Assembly (NCBI GenBank): GCA_042090785.1 | Contig: JBELIP010000001.1 | Location: 370,796 to 434,795, forward strand | Reading direction: 5' to 3' | DNA length: 64,000 nt | Source: Cellvibrionales bacterium | Lineage (GTDB): Bacteria; Pseudomonadota; Gammaproteobacteria; Pseudomonadales; UBA7434 | Shown: positions 8,566 through 17,610 of the stretch, one piece after another | How the letters are laid out: every line of letters starts with the position of its first letter | How positions within the stretch are numbered: position 1 is the first letter of the stretch | The notes under the pieces: model-generated | What the model was told of the DNA's origin: nothing | Databases searched by the model: none | Seen by the model: the letters and a program-made list of their open reading frames with translations, nothing else | Position numbers and translations under genes: made by a program

Positions 8566-9046
8566 AGACAAATAAAAAAGCGCCGTTCACCGCCCCTTTT
8601 ATCTTTACCTCATTCAGTTAATGCCGAGTAATGAGGTGCCCCTCTTTTTAAACATTTTAACCACTATCTGAACATATCATTGATGGCTATAGGAACTATA
8701 GCGTCATTTTATATCTAAGCATAAGTAATTGATTTTGATCAAATTGGTTCGATTGTTCGCGCATTCGACGATGGTCACGACTTAACACGGCATAGTCATG
8801 GCATCAATCGCCATATAAGATGTAATCACTTCGTTGTTTTGATCCTTTCATAGAGTAAGCCACTGAATAAGCAATGGTCACTGAGCAAGCAATGAATCAA
8901 TGATAAGAAGCAAAATCACCTTATATAAGACTATGTTACTAACGGTTAATTCGAACGGTGAACAGTGCTTTGTCAGTTAATGAGCAATTCATTATCACTA
9001 TTCGTTTTTCCAGCATCATTCTGCCAACAAAAGAACCGATAATTTT

Positions 9047-10186
9047 ATGCTTATAGCTATTCCTAAAGAAACAGCCGAAGGTGAACAGCGCGCAGCGTTA
9101 GTGCCAGACTCGGTCAAGAAACTCATCAACATGGGCGCTCAAGTAACCGTTGAAGCGGGAGCTGGAATGGGGGCGGGGTTTACTGACAGTGATTACCAAG
9201 CTGCGGGTGCCAGCCTTTCTACCGATAGAGGCGCATTAATGGGTGCTGCCGATTTAGTATTAAGGGTACGCAAACCTGATTTGGCCGAGGTTGAATTACT
9301 CAAGTCGGGCAGTATTCATGTGAGCTTTCTTGACCCCTTTAACGAACACCATTTAATTGATGCGTTAAAAGCTAAAAATATTAGCGCCATCAGTATGGAA
9401 ATGATTCCTCGTAGTACACGCTCACAAAAAATGGATGCTTTAAGTTCTCAAGCAAACTTAGCCGGTTACGTTATGGTGATGCAAGCTGCGAATTATTTGC
9501 CCTCTATTTTACCCATGATGATGACACCTGCGGGCACACTCAAGCCAGCAAAAGTCTTTGTTATTGGTGCAGGTGTCGCTGGCTTGCAAGCCATTGCCAC
9601 GGCTAAACGTCTGGGTGCGCAAGTTACTGCTTTCGATACCCGTTCAGAAGTTGCTGAGCAAGTACGTTCCGTTGGCGCAAAGTTTCTTGAAATTGAGCTC
9701 GGCGAAACCGGTTCAACTAAAGATGGTTATGCAAAAGCATTAACAGCAGAGCAATTACAAATACAACGTGATGCTCAAAAAGATGTTATCGCTGCCTCCG
9801 ATGTTGTTATAACCACCGCGCAAGTTTTTGGTCGAAAGCCACCCGTCATCGTGCCGCGTGAATTTGTAGAAGGGATGAAGCAAGGTAGTGTTGTGATCGA
9901 TATGGCCGCGGAAACTGGTGGTAATGTCGAAGGTTCCGAACCAGGGAAAATAGTTGAGCTGAACGGTGTAAAAATTGTGGGTACCGGTAACTGGCCTAAT
10001 TCAGTTCCGCGGGACGCATCGCAAATGTATTCCAGCAACTTGCTTAGTTTGGTCAGCGAGTTTTGGGACGCCGAAGCTAAACAGCTTGTATTAGATTTTG
10101 ATAACGATTTAATTGCTTGTGTTATTACGCATAACAATAAAATTGTGAACGAAACCATTGCCAATATTCGCTCTGGAGACAAGTAA
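9047..10186 (+). CDS. pntAA: NAD(P) transhydrogenase subunit alpha part 1 (dI)
   Basis: 379 aa. Alanine-dehydrogenase/PNT fold with the Rossmann motif VFVIGAGVAGLQA. It is followed by the small membrane alpha-2 piece and the beta subunit. Confidence 0.9.
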   Translation: MLIAIPKETAEGEQRAALVPDSVKKLINMGAQVTVEAGAGMGAGFTDSDYQAAGASLSTDRGALMGAADLVLRVRKPDLAEVELLKSGSIHVSFLDPFNEHHLIDALKAKNISAISMEMIPRSTRSQKMDALSSQANLAGYVMVMQAANYLPSILPMMMTPAGTLKPAKVFVIGAGVAGLQAIATAKRLGAQVTAFDTRSEVAEQVRSVGAKFLEIELGETGSTKDGYAKALTAEQLQIQRDAQKDVIAASDVVITTAQVFGRKPPVIVPREFVEGMKQGSVVIDMAAETGGNVEGSEPGKIVELNGVKIVGTGNWPNSVPRDASQMYSSNLLSLVSEFWDAEAKQLVLDFDNDLIACVITHNNKIVNETIANIRSGDK

Positions 10187-10188
10187 GC

Positions 10189-10482
10189 ATGGAAATTATA
10201 TTTCTAACATTTGTATTTATCCTCGCCATTTTCTTAGGCGTGGAATTAATCAATAAAGTGCCATCAACATTACACACGCCATTAATGTCAGGGTCGAATG
10301 CTATTTCAGGTATTACTTTAGTTGGCGCATTAGTTTCTGCGGGGGCGACGAATAATGAATTCGCCAGTGTCTTAGGTGTACTGGCTGTTGCCTTTGCAAC
10401 GATTAATGTTGTGGGTGGCTATATGGTGACAGACCGTATGTTAGCCATGTTTAAAAAGAAAGAAGGCGGAAACGGTAAATGA
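10189..10482 (+). CDS. pntAB: NAD(P) transhydrogenase subunit alpha part 2 (membrane)
   Basis: 97 aa, hydrophobic, lying between pntAA and pntB (split-alpha arrangement). Confidence 0.85.
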   Translation: MEIIFLTFVFILAIFLGVELINKVPSTLHTPLMSGSNAISGITLVGALVSAGATNNEFASVLGVLAVAFATINVVGGYMVTDRMLAMFKKKEGGNGK

Positions 10483-11876
10483 GTATAGATAACACATTAA
10501 TTAATTTAGTTTATGTTATTGCGGCCGTTTTATTTATTGTCGGTTTAAAATTATTAGGTTCGCCAGCATCAGCAAGAAAAGGCAATTTTCTTTCTGCTAT
10601 AGGTATGCTAATTGCTGTAGTCGTGACGCTAGGCAATCAAAAAATTCTTAGCTTTGACTTAATTGCTTTAGGTGTTGCTGTTGGTGCATTAATAGGTGCA
10701 GTAGTTTCGCGTAAAGTAGCAATGACTTCAATGCCAGAAATGGTTGCCCTGTTTAATGGCTTTGGCGGGCTTGCTAGTCTATTTGTTGGCTGGGCGGCAT
10801 TATCGGTTGCTTTAATTAAAGCAGCTAATAATGGTGTTGCAGTTGACAGCTTTAGCTTAATAACTATTTTCTTATCAATATTAATTGGCGGTTTAACTTT
10901 TACCGGATCGCTATTAGCCTATGGCAAACTCAGCGAAAGAATTTCGGGCCGACCGTTTGTTTATGTTGGTCAGCGAGTAGTAAACAGCTTTATTTTAATA
11001 GCAGTAGTCGTTTGTGCGGCACTTTTTTTTCAAGACTCGGCGAATGACAACTGGCTTTATTTAGCCGTTGGTTTATCGCTAGTATTAGGCGTAATGTTTG
11101 TGCTACCTATTGGTGGTGCTGATATGCCGGTAGTCATTTCGTTGTTAAATAGCTTTTCGGGGCTTGCTGCAGCAGCGGCCGGTTTTGCTATTGGCAATAT
11201 TCTCTTAATTGTTGCTGGCTCGTTAGTGGGTGCCAGCGGCATTATCCTTACTGGTATTATGTGTAAGGCAATGAACCGTTCGCTAACGAATGTTCTATTT
11301 TCAGGCTTTGGTACAGTGAAGGTTAGCAGCGGCCCCGTTATAGAGCAGGGCGAAGTTAAGCCAATGTCTGCCGAAGATGCTTATTATGTACTTGAGGCAG
11401 CTGTAAGCGTTGTTGTTATTCCTGGCTATGGTATGGCAGTGGCTCAAGCACAGCATGCGGTGAAAGAGCTACAAGAAATTCTTGAAAAAAATGGTGCTGA
11501 AGTGGTTTATGCCATTCATCCAGTTGCCGGGCGTATGCCAGGGCATATGAATGTTTTACTTGCCGAAGCCGATGTTCCCTATGATTTATTATTAGAAATG
11601 GATCAAGTAAACCCACGTATGGACAGCTTTGATGTGGCTATTGTTATTGGTGCCAATGATGTTGTTAACCCTGCAGCGCGAGAAGTTGAATCCAGCCCTA
11701 TTTACGGTATGCCGGTGATTAATGCCGATCAGGCAAACACGGTGTTTGTGTTAAAGCGCTCTATGGCAACCGGCTTTGCTGGTATTGATAACCCATTATT
11801 CTTTAAAGAAAATACACGAATGTTATTTGGTGATGCTAAAGAGACCTTGGGGAATTTGGTTAAATCGTTTGATTAG
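10479..11876 (+). CDS. pntB: NAD(P) transhydrogenase subunit beta
   Basis: 465 aa. It has a polytopic N-terminal half and a C-terminal dIII NADP(H) domain (GYGMAVAQAQH...HPVAGRMPGHMNVLLAEA). There is a 4-nt overlap with pntAB. Confidence 0.9.
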   Translation: MSIDNTLINLVYVIAAVLFIVGLKLLGSPASARKGNFLSAIGMLIAVVVTLGNQKILSFDLIALGVAVGALIGAVVSRKVAMTSMPEMVALFNGFGGLASLFVGWAALSVALIKAANNGVAVDSFSLITIFLSILIGGLTFTGSLLAYGKLSERISGRPFVYVGQRVVNSFILIAVVVCAALFFQDSANDNWLYLAVGLSLVLGVMFVLPIGGADMPVVISLLNSFSGLAAAAAGFAIGNILLIVAGSLVGASGIILTGIMCKAMNRSLTNVLFSGFGTVKVSSGPVIEQGEVKPMSAEDAYYVLEAAVSVVVIPGYGMAVAQAQHAVKELQEILEKNGAEVVYAIHPVAGRMPGHMNVLLAEADVPYDLLLEMDQVNPRMDSFDVAIVIGANDVVNPAAREVESSPIYGMPVINADQANTVFVLKRSMATGFAGIDNPLFFKENTRMLFGDAKETLGNLVKSFD

Positions 11877-11950
11877 ATACTCTTGTAGCAGTATTTAAAG
11901 GGCTGTTAAAACACCGATGTCGACATGCCTCATACCTCTGTCGCGGGAAA

Positions 11951-12418
11951 TCAACTACCTATAAAGCCCAATTGCCGCCAAGCTTCATAAGTAGCTACTG
12001 CTACGCTATTCGATAAATTAAGACTTCGACTATTTGCCACCATCGGCAGCCGAACTTTTTGTTCCTGTGCGAGTGTGTTTAGCAAACTATCGGGTAAACC
12101 GCGGGTTTCAGGCCCAAATAATAAGCTGTCATTTTCTTGAAATTGAATCTCATGATGCCCTAGCGTGCCCTTAGTCGTTAATGCAAAAATCCGCGTCGGG
12201 TCTGCAAGCTCTGCAGTATAATCAGCAAAACACTCCCAATGTTTAATGTCTGCCCATTCCGCATAATCTAGGCCAGCACGCCGCAGTTTTTTATCGTCCC
12301 AATTAAACCCATAAGGCTTAATTAAATGTAAATGGCAGCCGGTATTCGCACACAGACGAATAATGTTGCCTGTATTAGGGGCTATCTCAGGTTCAAATAA
12401 AATAATATTTAATGGCAT
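11951..12418 (-). CDS. trmL: tRNA (cytidine/uridine(34)-2'-O)-methyltransferase TrmL
   Basis: 155 aa, nearly colinear with E. coli TrmL ([21 protein letters not shown]...FGPETRGLP...[18 protein letters not shown]). Confidence 0.9.
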   Translation of the reverse strand: MPLNIILFEPEIAPNTGNIIRLCANTGCHLHLIKPYGFNWDDKKLRRAGLDYAEWADIKHWECFADYTAELADPTRIFALTTKGTLGHHEIQFQENDSLLFGPETRGLPDSLLNTLAQEQKVRLPMVANSRSLNLSNSVAVATYEAWRQLGFIGS

Positions 12419-12779
12419 TGTTGGATGGATGTTTCTCTATTTTTTCTATGGAGTTAAATTATGCTCGCTTATTTCTCGATTGATTATTTAAGCATTAACT
12501 ATCAGTTATTAGTCGTTAGCTGTATGAAAAAAATCGGCTGGTACGATATAGAGTTACATAAATTAGCGATGCTTGCTACTTATTTTGTCGTTGAAAAATG
12601 ACTCACACTGTTAGATATTCTGTTTGAAGGATTTTAGGCTTTGAGTGATTGATGTTAAGTGAAATAAAAAAATGACCGTTAAAAAATTATTATAATTTGC
12701 GCAGTAGTAACAGAGAGCAGAAGTGCAGCCTGTATCGCGCGCCTTAACAATGAGTAAAGCGCGCGGTGAGTAATGTTGT

Positions 12780-14201
12780 TTAAGCTTGTTGCCTACTTGG
12801 GCTCATATCCAACTCTTGCATTTTACGAGTTAGCGTATTGCGGCCCCAGCCTAATAAAATGGCTGCATCACGTTTTCGTCCATGACTGTGCTTGAGTGCA
12901 ATTTCTATCATCGTTTTTTCAAAAGTAGGTGTTGCTGAATCCAGTATACGATTTTTGCCGGCACTTAATTCAATATTAGCCCAGTTACGTAATTGTTCTT
13001 CCCATGTTGAGCTTTGTTCGCTAACACTTTGCTGCGGGTTTAATAAATCGGCGGGCAAGTCAGACGGTTGAATTTCATTGCCCGCAGCCATAACGGTTAA
13101 CCAGCGACAAGTATTCTCTAACTGTCTTACATTCCCTTGCCAAGGTAAGGCGGTAAATAATTTAGCGGTTTCGTCACTCAAAATTTTAGGATCTACGCCA
13201 AGGTCTTTGCTACTGACTTGTAAAAAGTGTCTGGCCAGTTGAGGAATATCTTCACTGCGGTCGGCTAAGCGAGGCAGATGCATACGAATAACATTAAGAC
13301 GATGGAATAAATCGTTACGAAATAATTTTTGTTCAACAAGCTCTTCAAGGTTTTGATGCGTAGCAGCAATAACTCTAACATCTACTCTTATGGGCGTATG
13401 ACCGCCGACACGATAAAATTCGCCATCGGCAAGTACGCGTAATAAGCGCGTTTGAATATCGGCTGGCATGTCGCCTATTTCATCTAAAAATAAAGTACCG
13501 CCACTAGCTTGTTCAAAGCGGCCAACACGTTGCTGTGATGCACCAGTAAACGCACCTTTTTCGTGGCCAAATAATTCTGATTCAACGAGGTCTTTAGGAA
13601 TGGCTGCCATGTTTAATGCGATAAAGGCATTTTCACGACGCGGACTGTGCTGGTGTAAAGCTTTGGCCACCAACTCTTTACCCGTGCCTGATTCGCCATT
13701 AATTAATACATTAATATTCGATTGTGATAAACGACCAATGGCGCGAAACACTTCTTGCATCGCCGGCGCTTGACCAATCATTTCGGTCGGCTCGTTGACT
13801 GCGTTATCAATTGCACTGCTATCATTTTCATCAACAAAGTCGAGTGCGCGACGCGTCATGGCGACTGCGTCATCAATATCAAAAGGTTTAGGTAAATATT
13901 CGAAGGCGCCACGTTGATAAGACGATACAGCATTATCGAGGTCAGAGTGCGCGGTAGTAATAATTACGGGCAGCTTAGGATGTTTATCAACAATTTTCGC
14001 AAGCATTTCTAAGCCATCGATGCCGGGCATACGAATATCACTAATAATGACATCAGGTACTGCAGTTTCTAAACGGTTTAATAATGATTCAGCATCGGCG
14101 AAAACATCAACGTTCATACTCGAGCGTGAGAGCGCTCGCTCTAATACCCAGCGAATGGACTTGTCGTCATCTACAATCCAAACATTGTTTGCCTTTGGCA
14201 T
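12780..14201 (-). CDS. ntrC: nitrogen regulation response regulator NtrC (sigma-54 activator)
   Basis: 473 aa. It has a receiver domain, an AAA+ core with GESGTGKE and GAFTGA, and a C-terminal HTH. It lies downstream of ntrB. Confidence 0.9.
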   Translation of the reverse strand: MPKANNVWIVDDDKSIRWVLERALSRSSMNVDVFADAESLLNRLETAVPDVIISDIRMPGIDGLEMLAKIVDKHPKLPVIITTAHSDLDNAVSSYQRGAFEYLPKPFDIDDAVAMTRRALDFVDENDSSAIDNAVNEPTEMIGQAPAMQEVFRAIGRLSQSNINVLINGESGTGKELVAKALHQHSPRRENAFIALNMAAIPKDLVESELFGHEKGAFTGASQQRVGRFEQASGGTLFLDEIGDMPADIQTRLLRVLADGEFYRVGGHTPIRVDVRVIAATHQNLEELVEQKLFRNDLFHRLNVIRMHLPRLADRSEDIPQLARHFLQVSSKDLGVDPKILSDETAKLFTALPWQGNVRQLENTCRWLTVMAAGNEIQPSDLPADLLNPQQSVSEQSSTWEEQLRNWANIELSAGKNRILDSATPTFEKTMIEIALKHSHGRKRDAAILLGWGRNTLTRKMQELDMSPSRQQA

Positions 14202-14215
14202 AATAAAATCTCCTG

Positions 14216-15301
14216 TTAGCCGCTGAATTGAAGCGGTAAAAAAATTGAAAAGCAGGTATCGCCGGCTTCGCTAGTAAATGCGATTAAGCCATGATGTTGA
14301 TTGACGATAGATTGCGCAATGGATAGACCCAAACCAGAATTACTTGCGTGACCACTGACCATGGGAATAAAAACTTTATCTTGAATATCGTTAGGAATGC
14401 CCGGCCCATTGTCTTTAATATCAATGCGGCAAACTAATTTATGATTATGCCCACCAATAGTAAATTGACGAATAACACGGCTAGAAATTGTAATTTGTGG
14501 TTTGCTGCCGTCATCCGCTTTAGACTGCAGGGCTTGTACTGCATTGCAGGTAATATTTAATGCCGCTTGAATTAAGCGTTCAGGGTCGCCGCTAAAATCA
14601 GGAATACTGGGGTCGTAGTCGCGAATAATACTAATACGCTCACCGGCATCAGCTTCGGTTAACTGGCGCACACGCTCTAACACTTCATGAATATTAATAG
14701 TAGAAAGGCTTTGAGGTTTGGCTGGCCCTAACATTCTATCGACTAAGTTTCTTAGCCTGTCTGATTCACCAATAATAATTTGTGTATACTCTTTTAAGCC
14801 GTCATCAATCAATTCGCGCTCTAACAGCTGCGCAGCACCGCGCAAACCACCTAGCGGATTTTTAATTTCGTGAGCCATACCTTTCAATAGGGCATGGGTT
14901 GATTCCTGTGCTGAAAAAAGTGTCTCCTCGCGGCTAATTCTTAGCAGCCTATCAATAGGTTGAATTTCAATAATGAGTGCACTGCCAGGGATATCTTCAA
15001 TCGGAGTAATGGTGTAGTCGACGGTGGTTTTAGCAATCTTGCTGCCATTAGTGGTGGCAAGTATGGCTTCGCGTCTTGTATGTGGCCGCCCCGAAGCAAG
15101 CGTTTCGCGCAAGTTAGAAATGGTTGTATCGGCAGCAATTAACAACTTCTCAATGGGCTCACCAATATGGCGATTACCACTAAGCCCTAGCAGACTTTCT
15201 GCTGCAGAGTTAATGTGACTTAGATTCAGCTTGTTATCGAGTAGCAAAACCGCTGTGCTAAGGTTCTCAAGAAGCCGAGTATGTATTTGTTCTGAAATCA
15301 T
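14216..15301 (-). CDS. ntrB: nitrogen regulation sensor histidine kinase NtrB
   Basis: 361 aa. It has a PAS-like N-terminus, the H-box GMAHEIKNPLGG, and an ATPase domain (DNGPGIP...GLGLSIA). Confidence 0.9.
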   Translation of the reverse strand: MISEQIHTRLLENLSTAVLLLDNKLNLSHINSAAESLLGLSGNRHIGEPIEKLLIAADTTISNLRETLASGRPHTRREAILATTNGSKIAKTTVDYTITPIEDIPGSALIIEIQPIDRLLRISREETLFSAQESTHALLKGMAHEIKNPLGGLRGAAQLLERELIDDGLKEYTQIIIGESDRLRNLVDRMLGPAKPQSLSTINIHEVLERVRQLTEADAGERISIIRDYDPSIPDFSGDPERLIQAALNITCNAVQALQSKADDGSKPQITISSRVIRQFTIGGHNHKLVCRIDIKDNGPGIPNDIQDKVFIPMVSGHASNSGLGLSIAQSIVNQHHGLIAFTSEAGDTCFSIFLPLQFSG

Positions 15302-15475
15302 AATTTAACCATTGCAAGAATCGTGCGCAAAATGCCAGTTTTGAGGGCGCTACGTTAAATTAAAAAAAATATCGTTATAAAACAGCATGTTATAATTAAT
15401 TAACGTGCGCTAAAAAGAAGCTGTTGCGTATTTAAATTTATCTTGCAGGCAAACTTCTAAGGCTAGTATACCTCT

Positions 15476-15492
15476 TGCACCATCATGGTGCA
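15476..15492. promoter_or_regulatory. perfect NtrC-type palindrome TGCACCATCATGGTGCA
   Basis: It matches the enterobacterial NtrC consensus TGCACC-N5-GGTGCA at all 12 specified positions. It lies between ntrB (start 15301, minus) and the protease gene (start 15590, plus). Confidence 0.75.
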
Positions 15493-15589
15493 TTAATTGA
15501 TTGTCACAATTTAAACGCATAGCAGATTATTCAATGCCAGCGTAAGATAGCCGCCTACACAATCTACTTATATTCCAATACAGTTAAAT

Positions 15590-16801
15590 TTGAGTTTTAT
15601 GCGACCTACTTTACTGCTAACCCTGTTGTTACTTGCCTCGCTTGGGCTTAATGCTTATTTTCTATTAACTTATTCAGTTAAGCCGTTACAGTCTGGGAAT
15701 TTAGAAACTCAGGCAGCTAGCGGGGCAAAAGCTATAGTGGAGCTAAAAGGTGAAAGCAGACGTCGGAGTTTAGAAAATTTATTTCGCTTGGGGGATAGAA
15801 ATAAAGATAAAGCACTGCTTATTGCCGATTTAAACGAGGCATTTCTAGCCGGTGACTTTAGTAATGCTATAGATGGCTGGCAATGGCTAAGTAGCCATGA
15901 TGACAATTTAGCGATGCGAATAAAAACACAGTGGCTTAGTAGCGTAGAGCAGTGGTTGCTAAAAGAAAAATATGAGCCGGTAAGATTATTCACTGATACT
16001 TGGTTAAGAGAGTATCCCTATGATAAATCACTGCGTTACATACAGGCGCAATGGCAGTTAGCTGCAGGGCAAATAGATAATGCACTAGAAACGCTTTATG
16101 CATTATTGAATGAAATGCCCAGCGCTGAGCAAGGCCGTTATGCTCGCGAGATCTCTGAAATTGTAGATGCCGAGATAGCACGCTTAAGCGAGCAGCAGGC
16201 TTGGCAGCCATTAATACGCTTTGTTGAACGCTTACTTTGGCACGAGCCACAACACCCACCCTACATTTTAATGCTGGCAAAAGCGCATATAGAATTGCAA
16301 CAGTTCTCACAAGCTAAGGCATTACTCTATAGTTTACAGTTCAACGAATATTACGCCGCACAAGTAAAATCATTATTAGCCATTATTGCCCTAAGTGATT
16401 TGCGCGAAGTATCGGTTGCGCTAGAAAAGCAGCGAGAACATTATTTGGTTAATGGTTTGGTGAATAATAATAAAACGATTCGTTTAATGGTTGATACGGG
16501 GGCATCAATTTCGGTGATGTCTACGCAATATTTTAATAGCATTAAAAATCGGCTAGCACCTACATTTATTCGTAATGCAAAAATAAATACGGCAGGGGGT
16601 TATGTAGATTCACCCATATACCAGTTTTCTTCTTTTGCTATAGCGGACTATCGCATACCCGATATGCAATTTGTTGTTATGGATTTGGAAAACAGTGGTA
16701 GTAAAACGAATGGCGATGGATTATTGGGAATGAACTTTTTAAAAGCATTTAATTTTCAAATTGACCAACGTAATAGTCGGCTGTTGTTGAAACCAAGATA
16801 A
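15590..16801 (+). CDS. membrane-anchored helical-repeat (TPR-like) protein with C-terminal retropepsin-like (clan AA) aspartic protease domain
   Basis: 403 aa (TTG at 15590, or ATG at 15599). It has an N-terminal TM helix. The C-terminal region has the LMVDTGASISVMS catalytic DTG motif and a GLLGMNFL flap-like motif, typical of bacterial retropepsin-like proteases. Confidence 0.7.
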   Translation: MSFMRPTLLLTLLLLASLGLNAYFLLTYSVKPLQSGNLETQAASGAKAIVELKGESRRRSLENLFRLGDRNKDKALLIADLNEAFLAGDFSNAIDGWQWLSSHDDNLAMRIKTQWLSSVEQWLLKEKYEPVRLFTDTWLREYPYDKSLRYIQAQWQLAAGQIDNALETLYALLNEMPSAEQGRYAREISEIVDAEIARLSEQQAWQPLIRFVERLLWHEPQHPPYILMLAKAHIELQQFSQAKALLYSLQFNEYYAAQVKSLLAIIALSDLREVSVALEKQREHYLVNGLVNNNKTIRLMVDTGASISVMSTQYFNSIKNRLAPTFIRNAKINTAGGYVDSPIYQFSSFAIADYRIPDMQFVVMDLENSGSKTNGDGLLGMNFLKAFNFQIDQRNSRLLLKPR

Positions 16802-16816
16802 AAAGACGTGCGCAGT

Positions 16817-17410
16817 TTATTTGGGTTTAGAGCGCTGTACTTTAAGTAACTGACGTTTTGCATCGGCTAAGTTTTTTTCTAAAAAAGATAATCGCATTAG
16901 GTAATCGGAAGAAGGTCTTGCACCACCGCCGGCATTACCAACAAAATCACCTTCGGTAGGTTCGCGGCCAATGTCTAACATCAATTTAGCCTCTTTTACA
17001 TTGGCTTTCGCCGCTTTTAATTCACGCTTCCAGTCTTGTCGGCGTTGCTGCTGCTCGGAGTGCTGCACATGTTGTTGATGTTTGGCTGCTTGTGCACGTT
17101 TTTCCTGTGCTGCTTTCAACCATTCGGGATGATCTTCTGCCAAGCTTTTGGGCGACGGTGTAATATTTTGCTGTGGGTCTGTATCGGTAATAGTTTCAAT
17201 TAAATGATTACTGTTGGCGGGGGGTTGATCGGTAAAGGTAACTTTTCCTTCTGCATCAACAACGCGATAAATTTCGGCGTTAACCGATGTTGAAATAATA
17301 AAGGTGATGATAAAAGTGAAAAGCATGCCGGTTAAAGGTGTGCCCATTAAAAGTAAACCTGTAAAAGGGCGGACGAATTTTTTTTGCGTGGGTACGATTT
17401 TAATAATCAT
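16817..17410 (-). CDS. DUF4124-domain protein
   Basis: 197 aa. It has an N-terminal TM/signal segment, then EIYRVVDAEGKVTFTDQPP (the DUF4124 signature as I remember it), then a Gln/Lys-rich coiled region. Confidence 0.6.
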   Translation of the reverse strand: MIIKIVPTQKKFVRPFTGLLLMGTPLTGMLFTFIITFIISTSVNAEIYRVVDAEGKVTFTDQPPANSNHLIETITDTDPQQNITPSPKSLAEDHPEWLKAAQEKRAQAAKHQQHVQHSEQQQRRQDWKRELKAAKANVKEAKLMLDIGREPTEGDFVGNAGGGARPSSDYLMRLSFLEKNLADAKRQLLKVQRSKPK

Positions 17411-17610
17411 AAGTGGCTACGAATTCGAGGCTATGAATACAAACAAGCGGCTATGAATGAGTGACAACAAAAGGTGTTTACGAAAAGGCGGCGGCGTTCA
17501 ATGCTGCCCATTGGTCAGCGCTTTTTATAAGCGCTTTAAAAATACATTAAATAATGTGTGCTCTTATAAAGACAGTTTTTAATAGCGGAGTTCCGCTCTT
17601 CTGCAATGCA

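Noticed and set aside
8740-8765. GGTTCGATT, which resembles a tRNA T-loop.
   Set aside because: The flanking bases do not form a T-stem (ATTGG against GTTCG), and no acceptor or anticodon arms can be drawn. It is not a tRNA.
9775-10182. The 135-aa ORF antisense to pntAA. The same applies to 3444-3660, 13468-13773, 14941-15218, 15709-16310, 18872-19186, 41889-42230, 55291-55749 and 62188-62679.
   Set aside because: All lie wholly inside well-supported conserved genes on the opposite strand. They have low-complexity or Ser/Pro/Ala-rich translations typical of antisense frames, and I recognise no motifs in them.
12461-12601. A 46-codon ORF (MLAYFSIDYLSINYQLLVVSCMKKIGWYDIELHKLAMLATYFVVEK) with a GGAG upstream, in the trmL-ntrC gap.
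   Set aside because: It is AT-rich and has no recognisable family. An ORF of this length is easily produced by chance in such sequence, so I did not list it as a feature.
12419-12779. An NrsZ-like sigma-54-dependent sRNA downstream of ntrC, as in Pseudomonas.
   Set aside because: I found no TGGCAC-N5-TTGC element on either strand and no reiterated stem-loop modules. The only structure is a GC palindrome (GCGCGC-N15-GCGCGC at about 12735-12767) that may serve as the ntrC terminator.
15311-15330. A GCGCAC-N5-TTGCA element on the minus strand, considered as a sigma-54 promoter for ntrB.
   Set aside because: The -24 element has CG instead of GG. The element also lies only about 10 nt from the ntrB ATG, leaving no room for a transcript start and RBS.
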